DNA of 20,000 nucleotides from an uncultured virus (IMG/VR IMGVR_UViG_3300006131_000009) (Duplodnaviria; Heunggongvirae; Uroviricota; Caudoviricetes). The stretch is taken from IMG/VR virus record IMGVR_UViG_3300006131_000009, one strand, 5' to 3'. A program made the position numbers and the translations under genes. Below are positions 1 to 7,672 of the stretch, one piece after another. The notes under the pieces were generated by a model. It ran no database searches, was not told the DNA's origin, and saw only the letters and a list, made by a program, of their open reading frames with translations. How positions within the stretch are numbered: the stretch's first letter is position 1; every line of letters begins with the position of its first letter.

Positions 1-1583
1 ATTTTGTGCAGGCTGTTTTCCTTCCAGCAGATGACGCCGCCGTAGCTGCAAATGCCGGTAAAATCGCCCTCGCTTGCCACAGCGACCTGGTAGCTGTCCG
101 TGTCGCGGCCGGAAAAATTGTAAAAGTTGGTAGGGTCCCCCAGGCTGCTTGCGTAGATGCACCGAGAGGTGTAGGTCTTGTACTGCCCCGCCTGCGGGTC
201 ATATATCTCATTGTTCTGGCGGTTGCTCACGCCCCACAGCCGGTTATTGCTTTCACACACATAGTCTAGGTCCGGAAAATCCCTAGAAATGGTAACGGTC
301 TGCTCCATCTGGGCATAGCTCTTTAGATGCAGCTTCCGAAAAGACGGCTGATACGTTTCCGTTTTGGAAATCTTGTGGCTGGCCACCGTCTTTTTTGTCT
401 CCGGGTCCCAGACGTAAACCTGGTCCCTTGGCCCAGGGTTCAGGTAGACCACCTGCCCTTTTTGCAGTGGCTGTTTCAGTGTGAAAAGGTAATAGGTGTC
501 GTATCCTGAAATGTCCATCTGATAAGGATATTCACTTGCCGCCGGCACCGTATAGTCTACCAGGCAGACATACTCCGGCGCCAAAAAGGTCCCTTCTACA
601 AAAGACAAGGTGTTTGTTTCGTCGTCAAGAGCCGTCACGATCCGGCGCTCCACATCGCAAAAGCCGTAGGCACTGCCGGAAATACTCAAGGCATCCCCCG
701 CTTTGAACGCTTCTGACAGGGCCGGCCCCTCTGTGCCAGCCTTGTAGACGTCCAGGTAAAAATGCACATGGTATCTGTTGTTGTCATCAATATTGTTGAA
801 AATGCTCGATAGCACACAGTAATACCCCTGCTGGTTGTATTTACTTTTATCGGGTAGCCCCCTATCCGTAAAGTTAGCCACAACACCAAAGCTGTTGCCG
901 CTGACCTCTGGGATAATGATGTAATCTTGATACTTTGTAAGTAAATTCACCTCTCCGACTGTTCCAAACACACCGCCGATGCTCTCCAACTTTTCCAGAG
1001 CCGCCATATCCCAGGCTCCATTTTTGTAGCAAGCACTGACCGCGTCCTTTTCTTTGCCGTAGACGTAGACGTAGAAATCGTAATCTACACCATCTCCAGC
1101 CCAGCCGCCTGATTGACGTGTATTCTCCATGAGCTTGGGATTTAAGGCTACCGTCATAGAGCTGTCTGTAAAAACAGCGCTTCCCGCCACATTCTGGGTC
1201 GTCATCTTGGCGTCCAGGGCGCCAAAGTGGCCGTTGGTCAAGTCTAAATACCGCTTGTCAGGAAAGACGCACAGCTTGGAGCCTACCACGCAAAACTGCT
1301 TTTCCCCCGATGATACGTTGTCCACCGGCTGGCCGTCGTAGTATAAAATGCCGTCGTCCACCACCACCAGTTTTCCATCCCAGCTGAATAGGTCCTCCGG
1401 CTGCGAGTAGCCCGTAATCGGTTGCCGCCCCTGCCGCTGGATCAGATTGGGATACTGTCGGGAAGATAATCCCAAGCTGTCGCGCAGCTCTCCCGGCCTG
1501 GTATTTTCGCCCATGTTCAGCCCCAGAAACGGGGAATTTTGCTGTCGCACCTTTTTTCTTGTATAGGGAAGTTTCGGTAGCAT
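1..1583 (-). CDS. Large phage structural protein, partial (>527 aa), possible podovirus-type tail nozzle/stabilisation beta-propeller; absent from the ORF track
   Basis: Manual translation from ATG 1583 (SD GGAGG) has no stop before the window edge: MLPKLPY…FLGLN…GELRD..GLSS..YP.L..R…VFPDKRY…PDLDYVCESNNRLWG…IYASSLGDPTNF…DSYQVAVASEGDFTG…WKENSLHK. Confidence 0.8.
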   Translation of the reverse strand, partial: MLPKLPYTRKKVRQQNSPFLGLNMGENTRPGELRDSLGLSSRQYPNLIQRQGRQPITGYSQPEDLFSWDGKLVVVDDGILYYDGQPVDNVSSGEKQFCVVGSKLCVFPDKRYLDLTNGHFGALDAKMTTQNVAGSAVFTDSSMTVALNPKLMENTRQSGGWAGDGVDYDFYVYVYGKEKDAVSACYKNGAWDMAALEKLESIGGVFGTVGEVNLLTKYQDYIIIPEVSGNSFGVVANFTDRGLPDKSKYNQQGYYCVLSSIFNNIDDNNRYHVHFYLDVYKAGTEGPALSEAFKAGDALSISGSAYGFCDVERRIVTALDDETNTLSFVEGTFLAPEYVCLVDYTVPAASEYPYQMDISGYDTYYLFTLKQPLQKGQVVYLNPGPRDQVYVWDPETKKTVASHKISKTETYQPSFRKLHLKSYAQMEQTVTISRDFPDLDYVCESNNRLWGVSNRQNNEIYDPQAGQYKTYTSRCIYASSLGDPTNFYNFSGRDTDSYQVAVASEGDFTGICSYGGVICWKENSLHK

Positions 1584-1927
1584 CAAGGAAGCCTCCAATC
1601 GCCGTGTCTTTCCGGCCGATTTTGGCGGATATAGTAAGACCTCGCCCGTTCAATGGCGCTGTTGGCCATCGCCATGTCGTTTGCATACAGGGTCGTCTCC
1701 TGGTTGGCATTGTCGATCATAGCCGCCAAATACAGCTCATATGCGTCGTCGTAGGGGTACGGCAGCAGCAGCTCTTTATCCTCTGGAAAGCAGTTTTCCG
1801 GTGCCGTAGTGCCCATCATTTCAGCAAACTCTCCTTCCAGGGTAAAGAGCCATTGCGCCTTTTGTCCCTGGGGTATGTCGTTAGGCCGCAGCTCGTCGGC
1901 CTGCCCAATCGCCTGTAGTAGCTTCAT
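1583..1927 (-). CDS. Hypothetical phage protein, possible podovirus-type head-tail adaptor (probable start ATG 1927, 114 aa)
   Basis: MKLLQAI..AD.LRPN…K..WL..LEG…LLLP.PYD..Y..YL.AMID..N.E…Y.N helical pattern; TGATG-coupled to the next gene. Confidence 0.6.
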   Translation of the reverse strand: MKLLQAIGQADELRPNDIPQGQKAQWLFTLEGEFAEMMGTTAPENCFPEDKELLLPYPYDDAYELYLAAMIDNANQETTLYANDMAMANSAIERARSYYIRQNRPERHGDWRLP

Positions 1928-1928
1928 A

Positions 1929-2200
1929 GTCCTCACAAACTCCATTCCCCTTCGCCCACCTGTCAGTGAGCATCCGGTCCATTCCGTGCTTGTCCATCTC
2001 CGCGCCAAGAGCCGCCGCTTCGCGTCGGTTGGCCTCCGAATCGCCCGCCTGCGGACAGGTGTCCTCTCCCCACAAGGCTACCCTCCTTGCGGGGTCCCCT
2101 TTTGCGCCTGCGGGTGGGTGTTTCCCCAACGAGCCATTCGGCTCGCCGGGGTCCTTTTTATATCTCTCACTCTTCTGCTCTTTCGACGGCGAAAGCCCCG
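1929..2200. repeat. Cluster of GC-rich palindromes (REP-like or structured intergenic element)
   Basis: Hairpins at 2124-2151 (12 bp), 2068-2094 (10 bp) and 2046-2061, each starting at a GGAC on the minus strand; CGCCTGCGG..GGTGT repeated at 2046 and 2105. Confidence 0.55.
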
Positions 2201-2208
2201 GCCTGCCT

Positions 2209-2901
2209 TTAGACCTGGTCCATCGCCCTGTGGAGCACGGCCGCCATTTCTTCCCTCGTCACAAAAGATTTATAGCGTTTGTTCCCGTTGGCATCGCCCT
2301 GGATAATCCCATTGGCCTCCGCCCAGTCTCGGTCCTCTTTCGACCATGCAGACGGTGCCAGCTTTGCCTTCTGTGCCAGCCATGTATCCATCATGGCATT
2401 AAACTTTTCTTGCGTCATATCGTCCTCTAACTCCTCCTTGAACGCTTTCCAGGCCCTTTCGTTCTCTACAAAGGGTGCTGGGCAGTTCTTCCCTGTCACA
2501 TCATAATGGCGAACGATGTTCTCTACCGGGACTCTGTACTGCTCCATCAGCTTCTTTACAAGCCGGACAGCATTTTCTACTGTTTCAGGCAGGAAATAAT
2601 ACTTGCCGTTGTCGTCTTTCCGGCTGCATAGCTCAATACCAAGGGAATTGCCGTTGCGGCAAGATGGATGCTTGTAGTTTGTAGCGCCGCAGTGCCAGGC
2701 TGTGTCTCCATCAGGTACCGACTGCTCCCAGCCTCTTTCATCTACAAAATAGTGGGCTGAAGCTGACAGGTTTGCATTGTTATGAAAATAGCTGCAGTTG
2801 CCTTTGGCCGTATCCCCATTGTTGGCTGTGTAATGAATCACAATATAGGAAATCGCTGCAGATCTGCCTTTCTGATAATTGCTCTTATGGCATAGAATCA
2901 T
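2209..2901 (-). CDS. Endolysin: N-acetylmuramoyl-L-alanine amidase (Amidase_2) with SLH-like C-terminal domain
   Basis: IVIHYTAN, SAHYFVD, AWHCG, NSLGIELC, RHYDVTGKNCP Zn-amidase motifs; C-terminal W…..WA..NGIIQG…….VTREEMA..L.R is SLH-like. Confidence 0.93.
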   Translation of the reverse strand: MILCHKSNYQKGRSAAISYIVIHYTANNGDTAKGNCSYFHNNANLSASAHYFVDERGWEQSVPDGDTAWHCGATNYKHPSCRNGNSLGIELCSRKDDNGKYYFLPETVENAVRLVKKLMEQYRVPVENIVRHYDVTGKNCPAPFVENERAWKAFKEELEDDMTQEKFNAMMDTWLAQKAKLAPSAWSKEDRDWAEANGIIQGDANGNKRYKSFVTREEMAAVLHRAMDQV

Positions 2902-3083
2902 TATTTTCTCTCGCCCTCTCTGCTGGCCTGTGTACCAAAATAAAAGGAAATGATGACGGTAAATACGGTCAGAAATTCCTGGCCGGAAACTCCCTCTGTA
3001 AGCGTCAGAACGGCAAATACAACCGTTAGGACCAATGTCACAAGGCTTTTCACCGTCAATAACTTTGATAGTCTCTCTTTCAT
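2901..3083 (-). CDS. Holin (two predicted TM helices, 60 aa; alternative start ATG 3122)
   Basis: SD AAGGAG; hydrophobic helices SLVTLVLTVVFAVLTL and FLTVFTVIISFYFGTQ; charged C-tail; TAATG overlap with the endolysin. Confidence 0.75.
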   Translation of the reverse strand: MKERLSKLLTVKSLVTLVLTVVFAVLTLTEGVSGQEFLTVFTVIISFYFGTQASREGERK

Positions 3084-3141
3084 TTGTATGTACTCCTTAT
3101 TGTCCTTGCAAGTCCGCTTCATTTCCGCCTCCGCGATATGT

Positions 3142-3348
3142 TTAGCCAGCAAAATATGCCTCGTAGTTTTCGCCGCCCAGGTCTGCTAAAAAGGTCTTAA
3201 ACTCCATGGCCTCTTTGCCCCAGTCTTCAAAGCCCTGATCCTGGGCCAAGATGGAGACGGCCGTGTCAATGTCTACATTTCTTTCCTTGCTAATCTTCGC
3301 CAGCTCTTTTCTCATAGTATGGAATCGGTTATTCTTTAGTTCTTTCAT
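3142..3348 (-). CDS. Hypothetical protein (68 aa; probable start ATG 3348)
   Basis: Fills the gap between the two holin-like genes; SD AAGGAG 7 nt before the second ATG. Confidence 0.65.
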   Translation of the reverse strand: MKELKNNRFHTMRKELAKISKERNVDIDTAVSILAQDQGFEDWGKEAMEFKTFLADLGGENYEAYFAG

Positions 3349-3364
3349 GTTCATTCTCCTTTTT

Positions 3365-3691
3365 TCATCTGATTGGTAATTTATTGACGTCTTCCATTAA
3401 CGTATCCAGATCGCCGTTACCGCCCAGGCCATGATAGCACTCATGCATGATATGTAGGCGTCGCCGGTCATCTACGTCGATGGATTGGTCCTCTATGTAA
3501 CTTTTGCACAGATACTGGATACGATCTAGCATCATCGCCATCATGCCGGCTTCCAGCTTGTCCATGCGGGTAATGCCTTGGTCGTCCAGTGCTGCCTTGC
3601 GCTGCCGTTTCCAGAGTAGGGCATTTCCCACCTGGTTTACAAAGGCTGCTAAAGCACTTCCACTAAGGATTGCGATCATAATTTCCAACAT
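3365..3691 (-). CDS. Holin-like / membrane-anchored lysis-cassette protein
   Basis: 108 aa; N-terminal hydrophobic helix followed by a basic patch; DRI..LC..YI…YH.LGGNG pattern common in phage lysis modules. Confidence 0.6.
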   Translation of the reverse strand: MLEIMIAILSGSALAAFVNQVGNALLWKRQRKAALDDQGITRMDKLEAGMMAMMLDRIQYLCKSYIEDQSIDVDDRRRLHIMHECYHGLGGNGDLDTLMEDVNKLPIR

Positions 3692-3703
3692 ATTATTTTC
3701 ACC

Positions 3704-4288
3704 TTATTTTCCAATTGCCATAACATAATAAGTAATACCAGAAGTATTAAATTGGTAATCAGATTTACTTGTATTATACCAATACAAAGTATTTCCAACT
3801 CTTTTCATATAACAAGATTGTACACTGCCATTACTGTTACTACTTGCATCAAACTCATAATTTTTAGAATAAGTTTCGGTTAAAAGTGTAAATAATGTTC
3901 GCGTATTTCTGTAACCATTAGGTCCATTAGGGAACATTTTACAACTAGTATTATCTGTATTATGATATGCTATAAGAGATACTAGGTATGGAGTGAAACT
4001 AAATGTAAGACTATTAGGATTAGATGAACCATATTGCCCATTTCCCAAATACGATAATATTTCCATTTTTACAGATGCTTGTTGTATCGTAGAAAATGCA
4101 TCACTGACTGTCGCATTGCTACTTAGGCCTAGCAAAGCTGCTGTATCATCTGAAAGAAGCGTCGCTTTGTTCAGCGGCGTTCCCTCTTCAATCGGCTCAT
4201 CTGCTCGAATTAGATCGTATGTATTTTCTTGTCCTTCTACCGGTGTCAATGTTACTCTTTTGGGATATCTCGATATTCTATCTTTTAT
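3704..4288 (-). CDS. Putative tail fibre/tail-tip protein (probable start ATA 4288, 194 aa; the track uses TTG 4249)
   Basis: SD GGGAGG 8 nt before ATA AAA GAT AGA; N-terminal KDR...YP.RV.LTPV…EGTPLNKATLL; C-terminal G.YGSSNPNSLTF…WY…QFN.SG.TYY..AIG. Confidence 0.65.
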   Translation of the reverse strand: MKDRISRYPKRVTLTPVEGQENTYDLIRADEPIEEGTPLNKATLLSDDTAALLGLSSNATVSDAFSTIQQASVKMEILSYLGNGQYGSSNPNSLTFSFTPYLVSLIAYHNTDNTSCKMFPNGPNGYRNTRTLFTLLTETYSKNYEFDASSNSNGSVQSCYMKRVGNTLYWYNTSKSDYQFNTSGITYYVMAIGK

Positions 4289-4291
4289 GTC

Positions 4292-4831
4292 TTAAACCTC
4301 CCCACTGAAAAGCTCCCCACTGTAATAATAGCCTCGCTGCATAAGTTGAAAATTCTTATACGCTTCCAGTAAATACTGCTCAATTTTATTCGCTGTCTCA
4401 AACCCAAGTCTGATAAGTGCACCAGGATGAAAACTACCTGTTGTTCCAGACATTGCCCTATTTATAGACATAGAATCAGACCGTATTTGTATCAGTTGCG
4501 GCAGATAAGGGAAATCTTCCATCTTCCAATCTGTTTTTGGTGTGACATTAACCGTGTACCCTGCCTCATGCAGCAGCTCGGCCAAATATTGCTCTGCTTG
4601 TCCAACTCTGTTCATATCGCTGGCATTATAAGCACCTTTGACTACGCCATTCCATTCTTTCTTCTGCTCTGGCGTCAAATCGTCGTACCGCTTTTTATTC
4701 AGCGTTGAAATCATCCTGACATCTTCTTCTGTTCTATCAACAATAACAGGGAAATCATTCGCCATCATATCACTGTGGGTGATAGTACCTAACCAATCAT
4801 TTGGATATATCTCAATGTCTTTGAAGCGCAT
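4292..4831 (-). CDS. Hypothetical phage tail-tip protein (probable start ATG 4831, 179 aa)
   Basis: SD GGAGG 9 nt before ATG 4831; DRT..DV, KGAYNASDMNRV, KTDW, AN.IEQ.L, YSGE..SGEV patterns resembling Firmicutes phage tail-region proteins. Confidence 0.7.
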   Translation of the reverse strand: MRFKDIEIYPNDWLGTITHSDMMANDFPVIVDRTEEDVRMISTLNKKRYDDLTPEQKKEWNGVVKGAYNASDMNRVGQAEQYLAELLHEAGYTVNVTPKTDWKMEDFPYLPQLIQIRSDSMSINRAMSGTTGSFHPGALIRLGFETANKIEQYLLEAYKNFQLMQRGYYYSGELFSGEV

Positions 4832-4890
4832 TGGTAATCGCCTCCAAGTGTTGTGCAATCAGTAGAAAATTTTGATTGCATATTGCAACA

Positions 4891-6162
4891 CTAAATTTCT
4901 CCATCGTTTGTAGTTTCAGCATTGGTATACTCCTCCCCAGAAAGTATGTAATACAATGTTGCAAAATCAAAAGTTGGATAGGAAAAATTGGGCTTCCCAA
5001 GTTCTTGCCAACGAGAATATGATGCATTTCTCACAGCATTACTTGATGTAGAAGGCGGGATTCCAAGTTGTCGAATTATTATAGCAGTAAATGCAGAAGT
5101 CCAAGAATTTGTAGAATCAAATCTACAAAAATCGTTGTAAATTGATGCCGCTGTACCATATTGAGAAAATGTCCCATTATCATAGACGTTTACCAATGCT
5201 GTAGTTTGAGCGGTCGCGCTATTCCTGATTTGCTTGCTTGTAAAAGTTGCAGAAAATGGGCCACAAAACCCTCTGCTACTTGATGATTGATAAGATGGAT
5301 AAGCAGAAAAAGGTGACTGAAAACTATCACGAAGATAGATTTGAACTCTATGCACCCCAGCAGCAACGGTTGATACGTTCTCTTCTGGCGTTTTCCCCGT
5401 GGCTGGTACAGCTGGATAGCAAGAGACTGTAACCTTAATTTGTTCTACGTCAGAACCACGTAGTTTTATCAAATCAGTATTCATAATGGTATTCGCGTAC
5501 TTATCACCAGTGGCGTTAATTCCATATGCAAAAAACTCTTCTGCAACCATAACTCCCATTACCATTCGGGGGACATTCTCCCTCCGAATAGTCGCATAGA
5601 CTGTAAAATATGAACTTGAAGAATACGTTCGTTCAAATCGGTCAACTGTTATGGAATACTCGCGTTCTGAAAGCGTTGGCCCCAAAACAATATTATCATT
5701 TGTGGTATATGCTGCTCGAACGACACAGCTCTCTGTCATACTGCCAAAATCTGCAATATCATCCGCATTTATCGTCAACTCCCTGATATCATTGACTAAA
5801 TCCGCATATTTCCCATACGACGTCGGTATGCTATTATCATCTTTCACCCATGCCAAAAAGTCATAGCCGGCATGACTGGTCAGCTTTGCCTGAATGGGTT
5901 CACTGCCAACAAACGCATCGATTGCCTTTTGCGCATTAGCTGCTTGAGTCTCTGGATCAGATGCCTTTACAAATGCAAAATTGCCCAATAATTCCCCATC
6001 CCAGTCATAGGCTGTGATGGAAATGATGCCATCTTGTGTTGAGTCCCAAACTGTATTCTGCATCAACTCTGCGTGGTTGACTGCATCTTCAACTGCCTTG
6101 AAGTTCCGGTTAAAAACCTCTATATCATATCGGTCTTCTGGATTCAAATACTCGATTGCCAT
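4891..6162 (-). CDS. Tail-associated protein, candidate receptor-binding/baseplate protein with an InlB-B-repeat-like segment
   Basis: 423 aa; N-terminal D.YDIEVFNRNF..V pattern like baseplate-anchoring N-termini; YDWDG…GYDF.AWV…F..MT….VRAAY segment; S/T/Y-rich C-terminal half. Confidence 0.5.
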   Translation of the reverse strand: MAIEYLNPEDRYDIEVFNRNFKAVEDAVNHAELMQNTVWDSTQDGIISITAYDWDGELLGNFAFVKASDPETQAANAQKAIDAFVGSEPIQAKLTSHAGYDFLAWVKDDNSIPTSYGKYADLVNDIRELTINADDIADFGSMTESCVVRAAYTTNDNIVLGPTLSEREYSITVDRFERTYSSSSYFTVYATIRRENVPRMVMGVMVAEEFFAYGINATGDKYANTIMNTDLIKLRGSDVEQIKVTVSCYPAVPATGKTPEENVSTVAAGVHRVQIYLRDSFQSPFSAYPSYQSSSSRGFCGPFSATFTSKQIRNSATAQTTALVNVYDNGTFSQYGTAASIYNDFCRFDSTNSWTSAFTAIIIRQLGIPPSTSSNAVRNASYSRWQELGKPNFSYPTFDFATLYYILSGEEYTNAETTNDGEI

Positions 6163-6172
6163 ATAAATCCCC

Positions 6173-7672
6173 CTAAAGCGTTGCTCCGATGGCCTTTGTA
6201 GTCTCTGTCAAGCCACCGTTAAACTCCATCGTATATTCATATACTACGGCATTACCCGGCTCGTCATAGGCATTGTAAATCGTAATCGTATCACCGATCT
6301 CGACTGCAGGATTTCCACGATTAATACAATCGTACTGCAATCGATATTGTTTTACCGCCAAAAGCCAGTCTGCAACAGCTTGTCCATTGTATGCGCATGG
6401 ATTTTGTATTGAAAATGTATTTTTCCCGGTACCGGATATAAATGTTTGGTCGCTCTTGGAAAATTCATTCCTCACTGTCAGCTCCACACGGTCGATTTTT
6501 TCTGACGTGCCGATTCCATCCATAGCTTCCATATTGTCTTCTGTCAGCGTATCAACAGGAATATCTGTCATGGAAAGCTCTCGAAAAGTAAATTTCCCAT
6601 TTCTATCAAACCAGCAAGAGCAGCAGGCTGCCTGTGCTAAAAGTCGCAATGCCTCACGTTTTGAAGTTTCGACCGGAATGCAGCGATTGACAATTTTAGA
6701 GGCAAGTGATGCCGGTAGATCTATCTCATATTGTGAATCTAAAACAGCAGCAAGTGCTTCTTGAAGCGTCCACTGCCCTGTAGTGCCACCGTCATAAGTT
6801 TCGTTATCAAGCCAATAAACCGGGTCATGGGCAGTGATTTCCGCCGTCAATGCGCCGTCTCTGGCTTCCGCCTTTGTGAAATAGTGTGTCCCCATGTCGA
6901 CTTCTTCGCCGCCGATCAACACTTTGGGACGAATCTCCTGGCCATCTTGCAGATATTTATAAATCCCTTTCGGATTTACAAAGTTATACTTTTTATCCTG
7001 GTTTTCAATTACAAAGACAAGCTCCCGCGCCGGTAGACTTTCTCCATCTATCGCACACCCAGCTTTGAATGTCGCCGTCACCAGATTGTCGGCACTATAC
7101 TGCTGCACGATACCAAACAGAAGCTCGTAGAGTTTGATCCTTCTGTAAGGCTTGTCTGTTTTCAGAAACTCAAAGACGACCTTGTCATAATTTTCAACCG
7201 GCATATCTGCCGCTAAAAAATCACCAGAGTTTGAAAATATCTTTTCTGCCAGCAGCGTCTCTCCTTGATAGGCCGTTATCTTGATCAGTGTCGGCCAGCA
7301 TTCTGCCAAATCATCAAATTGCAGAGAAAATCCAATGCTGGAAGCAGGCGCTGAAAGAGTCGCGGTCAGTTTCGGTGGTTCGGAAAACATACAGTCAGGT
7401 CCCGATAAAGCCGAACTCCAATATCCGATATTTCCGTTTGTACAGCTCCAGCTCCCATCCAGGATCCACAGGTTCTTTTCAAGTGTCTGTTTTTTGACAG
7501 AAGCGTGATGCTCTTCCTGTAAAATCGTCTCCACATTGCTGATAGATTCTACCCCATTGTGTGTGAGCGAAGCATTGTCGCTTGCATCTTTATCGAGCAG
7601 CCGGAACGATATTCTGACGTCGACTCTCCGGCTATCAGGGTATGCCTGATAAGAACTACTGGTCTGCTTCAC
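6173..7672 (-). CDS. Putative tail tip / baseplate hub (Tal-like) protein
   Basis: 499 aa after the Dit-like gene (ATGA overlap); REALRLLAQA…WFDR.G.F and RGNPAVEIGD.I patterns typical of siphophage tail hub proteins. Confidence 0.7.
   Translation of the reverse strand: MKQTSSSYQAYPDSRRVDVRISFRLLDKDASDNASLTHNGVESISNVETILQEEHHASVKKQTLEKNLWILDGSWSCTNGNIGYWSSALSGPDCMFSEPPKLTATLSAPASSIGFSLQFDDLAECWPTLIKITAYQGETLLAEKIFSNSGDFLAADMPVENYDKVVFEFLKTDKPYRRIKLYELLFGIVQQYSADNLVTATFKAGCAIDGESLPARELVFVIENQDKKYNFVNPKGIYKYLQDGQEIRPKVLIGGEEVDMGTHYFTKAEARDGALTAEITAHDPVYWLDNETYDGGTTGQWTLQEALAAVLDSQYEIDLPASLASKIVNRCIPVETSKREALRLLAQAACCSCWFDRNGKFTFRELSMTDIPVDTLTEDNMEAMDGIGTSEKIDRVELTVRNEFSKSDQTFISGTGKNTFSIQNPCAYNGQAVADWLLAVKQYRLQYDCINRGNPAVEIGDTITIYNAYDEPGNAVVYEYTMEFNGGLTETTKAIGATL

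Noticed and set aside
1059..1075. Short tandem repeat GTAGAC x~3
   Set aside because: Simply encodes Y-V-Y-V-Y in frame; too short to indicate a contingency locus.
686..1710. Minus-strand track ORFs 686-889 and 1258-1710 as genes or pseudogene fragments
   Set aside because: Both are alternative frames overlapping the uninterrupted >527-codon ORF that starts at 1583.
1881..2129. 82-aa ORF across the palindrome cluster, or a CRISPR/tRNA reading of this region
   Set aside because: The open frame is explained by high GC; there are no regularly spaced identical repeats and no cloverleaf or T-loop motif.
3704..6162. Diversity-generating retroelement acting on tail-tip genes
   Set aside because: No reverse transcriptase and no template/variable repeat pair seen in the window; a template elsewhere cannot be excluded.
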